From an uncultured delta proteobacterium (GTDB taxonomy: Bacteria; Myxococcota_A; Polyangia; Polyangiales; Polyangiaceae): a stretch of DNA of 64,000 nucleotides. The DNA lies in contig CAWKKR010000008.1 in NCBI GenBank assembly GCA_963850305.1, positions 1,440,001 through 1,504,000 on the forward strand, read 5' to 3'. Below, in pieces: positions 48,087 through 57,925 of the stretch. The position numbers and the translations under genes were made by a program. The first letter of the stretch is position 1. The number at the start of each line of letters is the position of its first letter. The notes below the pieces were generated by a model that saw only the letters and a list, made by a program, of their open reading frames with translations, was not told the DNA's origin and did no database searches.

Positions 48087-49364
48087 CGGGCGCTCATTTC
48101 GTCCACGCGGAGTCCCATCCGCTTCGCGATGGCGTCCCGAGCGTCCACGAACTCTCGCGATTCGGGCAGGATCTGCACCAGGGTGTCGTAGTCGGCCCAG
48201 GCGGCTTTTGCATCGGAAAGACGCAGGTCCTTCTCTGCCTCGGACGTCAGAATCGGTCACGAACCATTGGAGCAGCTCGGCGGCCGAGGAGTCTTCCGGG
48301 TCGAGCTTGAGGGCGAGCCGGATGTCGGGCGCGGCGTCCTCGAAATCATTGGCTCTGGAGTACGCCCGCGCGCGCTCGACGAGCGCGCTCTCGTCGTAGG
48401 GATTCACGGCAAGCACGGTGGTCAGAGCATGCGCGGAATCGTCGTAACGGCCCATCTCGAAGAGAATGATGGCCTGCGTTCGCAGGAAGTCGGGCGCGGG
48501 GTAGATGGCGACGGCTCGATCGCAGGCCTGGAGGGCCGCTTCGGCGTCCTCCGCCCGGAGGCGACGGCAGTCGTCGGAGTCGACGTAGCCGAGGAGGGCG
48601 CGCAGGGCCGGATTTTCTCCGGCGAACTGCTGCGACTCTTTCGCGAAGTCCGCGAGCGAGTCGCGATCGCCTGCGGAGCAGTTCGGACGGAGCGTGCCTG
48701 CGTATGCCCAGCGGGGGCCCAGGCACTCCTCGCAGGCCGCGAGGGCCCGGTCGAGAAGTCCCCTGTCCGGGTTTCCGTCGCCGTCCGCGGACATCCGAAG
48801 TAACAGCGTGTAGGCCTCCACGAGCCCCGGGCGGAGCTCGATGGCCTTCTCCAGATCCGCTCGGGCAAGCGCAACGTCCGCCGCGGTCGTGCCGCGTTTC
48901 TTTCCGTATCCACGTGGATCCGCGACGCGCGCTGCGGCGCGCGCGACGTAGCCCACGAAGGATCGCGGCGTCCGCGCGACCCACCCATTCAAGATCGGCA
49001 ACTCCGACGTGCTTGCGAACGAAAAGGCATCGAAGAGCGTCTCGATGTCGCGCTCCCGGGTCCGGTCGCGCTCGAACTGCGCTTCCGCGGCCCCGAGGAC
49101 GACGTCGAGCTCCGGCGTTCTCCCCGCTCGCAGCAGCGCGATGACCCAGCCCGGGTTCATGACGGACACGTCGTTTGCGTCGAGGGTTCGAGCGGGACAC
49201 GCGAGCTTCGGCACCAGCGCGACGAGCCTTCGCTGGTCATCGGTGAGAGCGTGCTTCGCTCCCTTTGCGCTGTGGTGTGGTCGCGCGTGGCGTGCTGCGA
49301 CCCAGCGCACCCCGACGGTCCAGATGACGGCGACGAGCACCAAGAAGAGCCAGCCGCGACGCAT
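48083..49364 (-). CDS. DUF4034-like/TPR membrane-anchored protein; frameshifted as assembled
   Basis: N-terminal TM, LNGWVARTPRS..YVARA, TPR repeats. After ~48255 the alternative frame continues ILTSEAEKDL..YDTLVQILPES..MSAR* and ends in TGA overlapping the ABC ATG. Confidence 0.75.
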
Positions 49365-49439
49365 GGATTCACCTCGAAGATAACACCGCGCAATGGCTAG
49401 CCGGCCGGGACCCTCGGGCCCGAGGCCACGTCCAACGTT

Positions 49440-49754
49440 CGCTCGAATCGAGCCGCCAGGGGCTTGGCCAAGCTCCGATGGCTCAAAGTGAGCCAGCTAC
49501 GAGCTTAAATCAGCTCTCGACGTCTCGAAGTGAGTGTTTGGGAGCGTATCCCTGCGATTATTTCCGCTGAAAGCGCAAGCAACGAGCCAGGCCAAGCTCG
49601 AACTGGCTCAAAGTGAACCGCCGGGAGCTCAGCCAAGCTCCGAGCTGGCTCACGAGGAGCGGCCGAGAGCTAATTTAAGCGTCGTCTGGCTCAAAGTGAG
49701 CCGCCGGGAGCTCAGCCAAGCTCCGAGCTGGCTCACGATGAGCCGCCGAGAGCT
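49440..49754. repeat. Intergenic tandem array of ~41-42-bp double-palindrome units
   Basis: GGCTCA-N3-TGAGCC-like cores at 49480, 49605, 49647, 49688, 49730 (degenerate at 49440, 49522, ~49565), most followed by GAGCT-N6-AGCTC. 69-bp near-perfect duplication 49603-49671 / 49686-49754 (3 mismatches). Confidence 0.88.
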
Positions 49755-49776
49755 TGTTTCCTAGTAGACTTCGTGC

Positions 49777-50187
49777 ATGGAGCGGCGTCGTACGCCGAGC
49801 GGGGCTTCGCGGCCGCGCGACGCGCTGGATACTCTGCCGGCAGATTCCGACGCGCTCGTTCGTCTCCGTGATCTGAGTCGGCTCGATGCCGACGTGGACT
49901 CGCTGCTCGCCGCGCCGGGGGTGACGGAGGCGCCGGAAGCGCGCCTGCCGCAGCTATCGATTCCATTCGAGCTGAATCGGCCTGCCCCGATTCTGCTCGA
50001 TCAACCGCGTGCACCGCAGCCGTCGGTGCCGTTCGAACTCTCCCGCGAAGTCGCTATTCCGCGTCCCTCTCCGGCCCGGGGCGACGAGCCGGTCGTGCTT
50101 CCGCTTCGGCGAACGCTCTGGCCGTTCGTCATCGTGCTCGGAGGGCTAATTTTCGCAGCCATCGTCCGTCTTTGGAGCCTCAGGTGA
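49777..50187 (+). CDS. Hypothetical Pro-rich protein with C-terminal TM anchor
   Basis: 136 aa; repeated S(I/V)PFEL(N/S)R; C-terminal hydrophobic helix. Confidence 0.6.
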   Translation: MERRRTPSGASRPRDALDTLPADSDALVRLRDLSRLDADVDSLLAAPGVTEAPEARLPQLSIPFELNRPAPILLDQPRAPQPSVPFELSREVAIPRPSPARGDEPVVLPLRRTLWPFVIVLGGLIFAAIVRLWSLR

Positions 50188-50232
50188 CCTCCGCGCCGCA
50201 GACCCGACTGGCCAAGAGCAACGCCATGGCGG

Positions 50233-51921
50233 ATGTATATTGAGATGGGACCGGTGCAAGGCGGGCGGAGCGCCGCGCGATTCGTCGTGCGTACACTGGC
50301 GTTCGCCGCCATCTACGCGGTGACGGCGAAGCTTGCGCTGCTGCTCGGGGCGGTCGAAGGGTTCGCGACGCTCGTCTGGCCACCGAGTGGACTCGCGTTC
50401 GCCGCCGTCGTCACGCGCGGGTATGGCATGGTTCCGGCGATTCTTCTCGGAGCGTTCGTCGCGAACGTGTGGCAAGGCGCTCCGGCTCTGGCGGCGCTCG
50501 GTGTGGCGCTCGGAAATACGGGGGAAGCGGTCCTGGGCGCGTATTTGCTGGCTCGCACCGGCTTCCGCTTCTCGCTGGCGCGGATCGTGGACGTCGCGTT
50601 GCTGGTCGGGATTGCGGCCCTCGCGACGCTGCTCGCCGCCACGTTCGGTCCGCTGTCGCTCCTCGCGTGTGGCGTCATTCACGCGCATCGCTTCGAAGCG
50701 ACGTGGGGGGCGTGGTGGATGGGTGACTTTTACGGCGTTCTCGTCGTCGGGTCGTTCCTGCTCGCCTGGTCCGCGCCGCGATTGAAAGGCGTGCCTGCTC
50801 GCCATGGGGAGGCGTTGGTGCTCGGGCTCTTGCTGATCCTAACGAGCGCGCTCGTATTCGTGGGGCCGGTGGCGGCGAGCGCGACGGCGTTCGCGGTGCT
50901 GCCGTCCGTGGTCTGGGGGACGGTGAGGTTCGGGCAGCGCGGTGCGACCGCGGGGGCCGTATTCGTGTCGCTCGCCGCGGTTTCGGGAACCCTTTTCGGC
51001 TACGGCCCGTTCCTCTACGGAACGCTGGCCGAGCGGCTCTGGGTGCTTCAGTCCTACGTCGCAGTCCTGGCCCTGACGCTCCTGGTGCTCGGCGCGGCCA
51101 TCGAGGAGCGCGGCAAGGCCGTTTCGGAGCTTCAGCGAGCGCTCGATGCGCGCGAGGAGTTTCTCTCGATCGCGAGTCACGAGCTTCGCGCGCCCGTGAG
51201 TACGATGCTGCTGAATCTCGCGATGCTGAAGGAATTGCTCCGCGACAGGACCGCCGTGCGTGACCAGGCCCGCGTGGAGCGCAAGGTCGACCAGGCCGTG
51301 AAGCAGACGAATCGACTGACGGCGTTGATCGAGCAACTCCTCGATCTGACGCGCGTCGCCTCGGGGAAGCTCGAGCTCGACGTGAAGCGCGTCGACCTGT
51401 GCCGCATGGTGCAGGAGGTGTGCGAGAGGTTTTCGGAATACGCCGACCGCTCGGGTGCGAAGCTCGTCTTTTCCGCGAACGGTCCCGTCGAGGGCGAATG
51501 GGACCCGGTCCGGCTCGAGCAGGTCGCGGGAAACCTGGTATCGAACGCCGTTCGTCACGGCGGGCGTGGCGCGATCGAAGTGGAGGTTCATGCCCATGCG
51601 GGTCGCGCCGCCCTCGTCGTTCGCGATCACGGGCCGGGCATCGCCCCGGACGTGCTGCCGCGCATCTTCGAGCGGTTCGAGCGGGCTGCGGGATCTCGCG
51701 GCGCCGGTGGCCTCGGGCTCGGGCTCTACATCGCGCGGCAGATCGTGGAGGCGCACGGCGGATCGATCCGCGTCGCGAGCACGCTCGGCGAAGGCGCAGC
51801 GTTCATCGTGGAGTTACCCGTGCGGCGCGCGGACGAGCGTGACTCTCGTGAGTCGAAGACTCGCCGGCGATCGTCTCCCGCGGTATTCCGAGACCCATCG
51901 GACTCCGTCTCCGGCGGTTGA
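50233..51921 (+). CDS. MASE1-domain sensor histidine kinase
   Basis: VWPPSG, WWMGD (MASE1); IASHELRAP H-box; NLVSNA, DHGPGI, GLGLGL. Confidence 0.93.
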   Translation: MYIEMGPVQGGRSAARFVVRTLAFAAIYAVTAKLALLLGAVEGFATLVWPPSGLAFAAVVTRGYGMVPAILLGAFVANVWQGAPALAALGVALGNTGEAVLGAYLLARTGFRFSLARIVDVALLVGIAALATLLAATFGPLSLLACGVIHAHRFEATWGAWWMGDFYGVLVVGSFLLAWSAPRLKGVPARHGEALVLGLLLILTSALVFVGPVAASATAFAVLPSVVWGTVRFGQRGATAGAVFVSLAAVSGTLFGYGPFLYGTLAERLWVLQSYVAVLALTLLVLGAAIEERGKAVSELQRALDAREEFLSIASHELRAPVSTMLLNLAMLKELLRDRTAVRDQARVERKVDQAVKQTNRLTALIEQLLDLTRVASGKLELDVKRVDLCRMVQEVCERFSEYADRSGAKLVFSANGPVEGEWDPVRLEQVAGNLVSNAVRHGGRGAIEVEVHAHAGRAALVVRDHGPGIAPDVLPRIFERFERAAGSRGAGGLGLGLYIARQIVEAHGGSIRVASTLGEGAAFIVELPVRRADERDSRESKTRRRSSPAVFRDPSDSVSGG

Positions 51922-51966
51922 CGCCGGGGCTCGGAGCCGCGGGCTTATCCTGATACTCTTGGTTCC

Positions 51967-53322
51967 GTGTCGCGGCTCGAGCAACCGAGGGACCGAGGTT
52001 CGTCACTGGCTGGAAGCGCCGCCTGGATCCCGGGCGGCCTCGTTGCGGTCACGCTGTTCGTGACTGGACCTTCGCGCGCGGATGGGGTGGATGGAGCCCC
52101 GCTGCGGTTCACGGACGCGATTCGGCTGGCGCTCAGCCGAAACGAGCGCGCGCGCATCACGGAGCTGAACGTCGCCGCGGCGGAGGCGGGCGTCGAGAAA
52201 GCACGCGCCGCGTTTCTTCCCACGGTGACGGTTTCCGGCAACGATACGTTTCGTCCCAGTCCGGCGGAGCGCGACGGCGCGCTAACGCAAACCCGGAACG
52301 CGGCGACCGGGGCCGCCACGCTGAGCCAGCCTTTGATCAACGTGCCGTCGTGGCCGCTCTACTCCCAGTCGAAGCGGCTGCTGGAAGCGCAGGAGGCGCA
52401 GACCGTGGACGACAAGCGGCTGCTGTCTTTCGACGCTGCGCACGCCTTCATGAGCGCGCTCGCTGCTGACGCGGTCGTGAGGGCCGCGCAGCGTCGCGCG
52501 GACTCCTCCTCCGCGAACCTCGCCGACACGACGGCTCGCGCGCAGGCGGGGCTCACGAGCACCAACGACGCCACGCGCGCGCAGATCGATCTGTACGAAG
52601 CGGGCCGCGAGCTCGAATCCGATCGAGGCTCGCTCCAGAACGCGTACGTGCAGCTGTCGTTCGTCATCGACGCGAACGTCACGGGAGGGGTCGTGGCTCC
52701 GGAAGAGACTCTCGCCGCCGCGCGGCGACCGTTGCCGAACGTCGAGGACCTCGCGAACATCGCGATGTCGCGCAGGCCCGATCTCGTCGCGAAGCGCCGG
52801 ACGGCGGACGCGGCGCACGACTTCGCGGACGAACCGCCGTTGCGAATCATCCCGGCCCTCGGCGTGAACGCACAGGTGCTGGCCCTGACGAACCCTGCGT
52901 CGACCAGCAGATGGAACGACGAGACCCTTGGGGCGACGCTCACCTGGACGCTCTACGATGCCGGTGTGCGCTATGCCGACAAGCACCAGCGCGACGCGAA
53001 CGCGACGATCGCCGATCTGGATGTCGACGCGCTCGTTCGCTCGGTCGGGGCCGACGTACGGAGCGCGGTCGCGACCTTGCAGGGCCAGCAAGCCGCCTAC
53101 CGGCAAGCGGAGCAAGCCGTCACGGCCGCGCGGCAGAGCGCCGACGAGACGTCGGCGCTCTACAAACAAGGGCTCGCGAAGGCCATCGAGCTCGTGGACG
53201 CCAACGACACTCGATTTCTCGAAGAGGTCAACGACGCTTCCGCGGAGTATTCGATGGCGCAGGCGTACCTGAACTTGCGGCAAGCCCTCGGGCTCGACCC
53301 GCTGGGCACGGAGTTCCGATGA
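51967..53322 (+). CDS. TolC-family outer-membrane efflux protein
   Basis: Signal peptide, AIRLALSRN, AAFLP, RRPDL, YKQG, LRQALG; precedes MFP/RND. Confidence 0.9.
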   Translation: MSRLEQPRDRGSSLAGSAAWIPGGLVAVTLFVTGPSRADGVDGAPLRFTDAIRLALSRNERARITELNVAAAEAGVEKARAAFLPTVTVSGNDTFRPSPAERDGALTQTRNAATGAATLSQPLINVPSWPLYSQSKRLLEAQEAQTVDDKRLLSFDAAHAFMSALAADAVVRAAQRRADSSSANLADTTARAQAGLTSTNDATRAQIDLYEAGRELESDRGSLQNAYVQLSFVIDANVTGGVVAPEETLAAARRPLPNVEDLANIAMSRRPDLVAKRRTADAAHDFADEPPLRIIPALGVNAQVLALTNPASTSRWNDETLGATLTWTLYDAGVRYADKHQRDANATIADLDVDALVRSVGADVRSAVATLQGQQAAYRQAEQAVTAARQSADETSALYKQGLAKAIELVDANDTRFLEEVNDASAEYSMAQAYLNLRQALGLDPLGTEFR

Positions 53323-54574
53323 AGCGAGGACACGTTCTTCTTCTCGGGGTGCTGGCCGCCGGTTGCGGCCAGTCGACGACCGAATCCGGGCTCAAGGGCG
53401 GCGGGAAGGCGGCGCGCAAGCTCGAGTACCCCGTCGAGGTCACGTCGCTCGCGTCGCGACAGGTTCGGTACACCGTGACTGCTCCCGGCTCGATCGAGGC
53501 GTTTCAGCAGGTGCAGATCACGGCGCGCGTCGCCGGAGCCGTCGACACCGTGTCGTTCAGAGAGGGCGAGCTCGTCAAGAAGGACGCGACGCTCGTCACG
53601 ATCGAGGGCGAACGATTCCACGTTGCCGTGGATCAGGCGAACGCGGCGCTCGCGAAAGCCGAGGCGAGCGAAAAGCAGGCAGAGGGCGAGCTCGCGCGCC
53701 GGCAGGGCGCCGTCGTGGATCATCCGGGCCTCATTCCCGGGGAGGAGATCGCGACGTATCAGACGGCGGTCGCGACCGGCAAAGCCGACGTCGAGGCGGC
53801 GAGGCAGGCGGTCCGTGTTGCCGAGCTGAATCTCCGTGATTCCCACGTGCGCACGCCCATCGCGGGGGTCGTCCAGACGCGTACCGTTCAGGACGGCCAG
53901 TATCTTCAGCCGGGCGCCGTTCTCGCCACGATCTTGCAGCGCGACCCGCTCTTGCTTCGCTTTCAGGCGACGGAACAGGACGCTCCGCGCCTGAAGCCCG
54001 GGATGACGGCGACGCTTCACCTGGAGGAAAGCGCGCACTCGTACACGGCGAACATCACTCTCGTCGCGGACGCTGCGGATCCGACGACGCGGCTCGTGCC
54101 CGTGACGGGCGAGATCGACGACAAGGAGCACAAGTACTGGCTCCGGCCCGGAGCGTTCTGCGAGGTGGACGTGCCCGTGGGCTCCGCGCGGCAAGCCATC
54201 GTCGTGCCGACGCTGGCCGTACAGCCCACGGAAAATGGCAACACCGTCTACGTCGTGGAGGGCACCCAGGCGAAGGCGCGCGCCGTGACGCTCGGCATGC
54301 ACACATCGGACGGCAACGTGGAAGTCACACGGGGACTCGCCGCCGGCAATCTGCTCGTCACCCGCGGTGTCGAGCTCCTGAGCGACGGTGCGCCCGTGAA
54401 AATTACCGCCAGGACGACCCAGGCTGGCGACACTTCCGCTCCGGCGCCGAAGTCGGAAGATGCAGCCGGTGCAGCGGCCGTTGCGGCAGCGGACGCCCCC
54501 CGGGGGCAGCCCTGGCGGAACCCGGCGTCGCGGGACACGCCGGCAAGCATCGGAAGGGTGGAGGTTCGCCCTGA
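53319..54574 (+). CDS. RND efflux periplasmic adaptor (MFP) lipoprotein; frameshifted near the C-terminus as assembled
   Basis: Lipobox AAGC, ITARVAGAV..EGELV, VRTPIAGVV, LRPG, VEVTRGL. One extra C in the C6 run at 54496-54501 gives the tail ..GKHRKGGGSP* ending at 54574. Confidence 0.85.
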
Positions 54575-57500
54575 ACATCACGGACATCTGTCTCCGGCGC
54601 CCCGTGTTCGCCTGGATGATCATGGCGGGGACGATCCTCTTCGGGATCCTCGCCGTGACGCGCATCGGCGTGAGCCAGTTTCCCGACGTGGACAATCCGA
54701 CCATCAACGTCACCGTGTCGTGGCCGGGTGCGTCGCCGGAGGATGTCGAGACGAGTCTCGTGAACCCTCTGGAGGATGCCATCTCGCAGGTCACCGGCGT
54801 GCAGACGCTGGCGTCGTCGGCGTCCGAAGGCTCGGCTCGCGTCACGGCAACCTTCGATCTGTCCCGCAACATCGATCTCGCCCTTCAAGATACGCAGGCC
54901 AAGATCGCTCAAGTGCAGCGCTCGCTCCCCGCGAGCGCGATGGCGCCCGTCGTCTCGAAGAGTAACCCCGACGACACGCCCATCATCACGATCGGGATCT
55001 CGGGCCCGTTTTCGCCCCAGCTCCTCGCCGACGTCGCACGGTACGAGATCGAGGACAAGCTCGAGACGATCCCCGGCGTCGGTCAGGTGAGCATGATGGG
55101 CTACCTGGACCGCAACGTGCGCATCTGGGTGGACGCGGACAAGCTCGCCGCGACGGGCGCGACCGTGACCGACATCACGAACGCGTTCGCGAAGCAGCAC
55201 GTCACGTCCACGGGCGGACAGATGGTGGACGGTGGGCGGGCGCTCGACGTGCGGATCCTCGGTGAAGCCGCGGACCTCGCCACGATCGGCAACATCGTCG
55301 TCCGGAACGTCGACGGAACGGCGATTCGCGTCAAGGACGTCGCGCTGGTTCAGGATGGGCTGGCGGACGTCACCACGATCGCTCGCCTGAACGGGGTACC
55401 GGTCCAGGCGATGGGCATCCTGAAGCAGCCCGGCTCGAACGCCGTGGCCGTCGCCGAGGCGGTCACGGATTCGATGGCCGCGCTGCAGAAGACGCTCCCC
55501 GGTGGCATGAAGATCGACGTCCTGTTCGACACGACGGGCTTCATCAAGGAATCGGTGTCGGAAATCGGTCTGGAGCTCGTCCTCGCCGTGGTGCTGACGG
55601 GGCTCGTGTGCTGGCTGTTCCTGGGGTCGCTGTCGAGCACGCTGAACGTGCTGTTCGCGATCCCCATGTCGCTCCTCGGCACGATCGCGATCCTCTATTT
55701 CGCCGGATACACGCTGAACACCTTCACGCTCCTCGGGCTTTCACTCGCGGTCGGTCTCGTCGTCGACGACGCGGTGATGGTCATGGAGAACATTTACCGG
55801 CACGCGGAGATGGGAAAAGATCGTGTCGTCGCGGCGAGTGAAGGTACGAAGGAAATCACGTTCGCCGCGCTGGCCGCGACGATCGCGGTCATCGCCATCT
55901 TCCTGCCGGTGGCGTTCATGTCGGGCGTCATCGGCCGGTTCTTCCTGCAATTCGGGGTGACCCTCTCGGTGGCCGTCGGTCTGTCGTACATCGAGGCGAT
56001 CACGCTGGCTCCCGCGCGTTGCGCGCAGATGCTGAATACCTCCCACGAGGGGCCCGGGCGCGCCGTCGACAGGGCCTTCGAGCGTCTCTCCGCCGCTTAT
56101 GGTCGCGGTCTGGCGCGCGTGCTCGAGATGCCCTGGTCGGTCATCGCCGCGGGTCTCGCGGTCCTGGCGCTCGCGGGTTTCACGGCGACGCGACTCCGTC
56201 AGGAGATGGTCCCGTCGCAGGATCAGAGCCGGCTCGCCGTCCGCCTGACCACGGTCGTCGGCGCCGATATCACCGAGATGGATCGGCTCGCCAGGAAAGC
56301 CGAGGCCATCCTCCTGAAGCGTCCCGAGATCGTGTCGGTGCTGACGAGCCTGAATAGCGGGAACTCGGGGACGCTCTCGCTCACGATGGTGCCTCCCGGG
56401 CAGAGGAAGCTCACGCAAGCCGAGTTCTCGGCGTTGATTCGAAAGGAGCTGAACGGCATCGCGGGGCTCCGCGCCATGGTCCAGGATCTCTCGCAGCAGG
56501 GTTTCGCGGGTTCGAGCAACGGGCACCCGCTCGAATTTTCCGTCCGCGGTTCGGACTGGCCGACGCTCGTGACGCTCGCGAAGAAGCTGAGAGACGAGAC
56601 CTCCGCGTCCGGCCTGGCCGTGGACGTGGACACGGACTACCAGGTCGGCGCGCCGGAGCTCGCGATCACGCCGGACCGCGCGCGCGCGACGGACGTCGAT
56701 GTCGCCGTCGCGGACATCGCGACGACCGTGAGCTCTCTCGTCGGCGGTATCGTCGTGGGCGAATATTCGTCGGGTGGCCGCCGGATGGACATCCGGCTTC
56801 GCTCGCTCAAGTCGCAACGTTCGCGTCCGGAGGATCTGGCCTTGCTTCGCGTGCGAACGGCCGCGGGGACCCTGGTCCCGCTGTCGTCCGTCGTGACCAC
56901 GCAGGAGACGTCGGAGCTTCAATCGATCAACCACGCCGACCGGGAGCGCGCGATCCGCATCTACGGAAATATCGCGCCCGGTCACTCTCAGGACCAGGCG
57001 ATTGCGTTCGTGCAAGATCTGTCGAGATCCCTGCCCGCAGGATATCGCATCGTGCTCGGCGGACAGAGCTCCCAGTTCGGAGATGCGATGAGTAGCTTGC
57101 TCTTCGCCCTGCTCGTCGGGATCCTGTTTGCGTACATGGTGCTCGCGTCTCAGTTCAATTCGTTCCTGGACCCGGTGACGGTTCTGACGATCCTCCCGCT
57201 CTCGATCGCGGGGGCGATCTTCGCGCTCTTCGTCGCCGGGAAGACCCTCAACATCTTCAGCATGATCGGTCTTCTGCTCCTCATGGGCATCGTGAAGAAG
57301 AATTCGATCATGCTCGTCGACTACGCGAACGAGGTGCGCGCCGCCGGCTGCGGCGCGGCGGAAGCCATGAAGCGCGCGGGCCCCGTCCGCCTGAGGCCCA
57401 TCCTGATGACGGCCGTCGCAACGCTGATGGCCGCCGTGCCGTCCTCGCTCGGGCTCGGTCCGGGTGCCGAGACCCGCGCGCCCATGGCGGATGCCGTGAT

Positions 57501-57627
57501 CGGTGGTCTCGTCCTCTCCACGGTGTTGAGCTTGTTCGTCGTGCCTTCGTTCTACGTCCTCGCGGATCGACTGAAGGCGCGCCTCGCGAGCCTGCGCGCC
57601 GCGAGCCCGAAGCTCGAGCTCCCCTGA
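54571..57627 (+). CDS. AcrB-family RND efflux permease
   Basis: (M)NITDICLRRPVFA, GASPEDVE, GLVVDDA, GIVKKNSI, RLRPILMT. The apparent start is CTG 6 nt after GGAGG. Confidence 0.95.
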   Translation: MNITDICLRRPVFAWMIMAGTILFGILAVTRIGVSQFPDVDNPTINVTVSWPGASPEDVETSLVNPLEDAISQVTGVQTLASSASEGSARVTATFDLSRNIDLALQDTQAKIAQVQRSLPASAMAPVVSKSNPDDTPIITIGISGPFSPQLLADVARYEIEDKLETIPGVGQVSMMGYLDRNVRIWVDADKLAATGATVTDITNAFAKQHVTSTGGQMVDGGRALDVRILGEAADLATIGNIVVRNVDGTAIRVKDVALVQDGLADVTTIARLNGVPVQAMGILKQPGSNAVAVAEAVTDSMAALQKTLPGGMKIDVLFDTTGFIKESVSEIGLELVLAVVLTGLVCWLFLGSLSSTLNVLFAIPMSLLGTIAILYFAGYTLNTFTLLGLSLAVGLVVDDAVMVMENIYRHAEMGKDRVVAASEGTKEITFAALAATIAVIAIFLPVAFMSGVIGRFFLQFGVTLSVAVGLSYIEAITLAPARCAQMLNTSHEGPGRAVDRAFERLSAAYGRGLARVLEMPWSVIAAGLAVLALAGFTATRLRQEMVPSQDQSRLAVRLTTVVGADITEMDRLARKAEAILLKRPEIVSVLTSLNSGNSGTLSLTMVPPGQRKLTQAEFSALIRKELNGIAGLRAMVQDLSQQGFAGSSNGHPLEFSVRGSDWPTLVTLAKKLRDETSASGLAVDVDTDYQVGAPELAITPDRARATDVDVAVADIATTVSSLVGGIVVGEYSSGGRRMDIRLRSLKSQRSRPEDLALLRVRTAAGTLVPLSSVVTTQETSELQSINHADRERAIRIYGNIAPGHSQDQAIAFVQDLSRSLPAGYRIVLGGQSSQFGDAMSSLLFALLVGILFAYMVLASQFNSFLDPVTVLTILPLSIAGAIFALFVAGKTLNIFSMIGLLLLMGIVKKNSIMLVDYANEVRAAGCGAAEAMKRAGPVRLRPILMTAVATLMAAVPSSLGLGPGAETRAPMADAVIGGLVLSTVLSLFVVPSFYVLADRLKARLASLRAASPKLELP

Positions 57628-57712
57628 CGCGCGAGCTCGCACCGTGTACGCCTCCGCGCATGCCTGCGTACCGTGGTGCTCGCGGGTGTCCGCATGCTAT
57701 TGTTGTCGCTTC

Positions 57713-57925
57713 GTGACCTCTCCGAAATCCTGTCCGCACATCGGTGACTGCCCCATGTACGAGCTCCTCACGTATGCGGGGACACTGGCCGCGTGGAAGA
57801 TCCGATACTGCGCGGGACCCTACGAGACCTGTGCGCGATACCAGCGATCGCAGTCCGGTCAGACAGTGCCGCTCAACCTGATGCCGAGTGGCGCGCTCCT
57901 CTCCAAGAAGCGGGGGTCCGGGTGA
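57713..57925 (+). CDS. Small Cys4 hypothetical protein
   Basis: 70 aa CPHIGDCPMY..YCAGPYETCARY..VPLNLMPSG; GTGA overlap with the YeeE gene. Confidence 0.65.
   Translation: MTSPKSCPHIGDCPMYELLTYAGTLAAWKIRYCAGPYETCARYQRSQSGQTVPLNLMPSGALLSKKRGSG

Noticed and set aside
47334..49364. 676-aa TPR-ABC ATPase fusion in the ORF track
   Set aside because: The linker reads as off-frame sequence. The alternative frame after ~48255 gives a sensible helical C-terminus ending in TGA overlapping the ATPase ATG, so these are two genes plus a frameshift.
49440..49754. CRISPR array
   Set aside because: There are no unique 25-45-nt spacers between identical repeats, the whole unit is repeated and degenerate, and no cas genes are in the window.
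49534..49764. 76-aa ORF across the repeat array
   Set aside because: It has no RBS or recognisable domain, and the 41-bp unit shifts the repeat's reading frame midway; probably incidental.
52911..54965. 684-aa MFP ORF overlapping both TolC and the RND gene
   Set aside because: The real start is 53319 (lipoprotein leader, ATGA overlap). The extension past 54574 is explained by a missing base in the C6 run.
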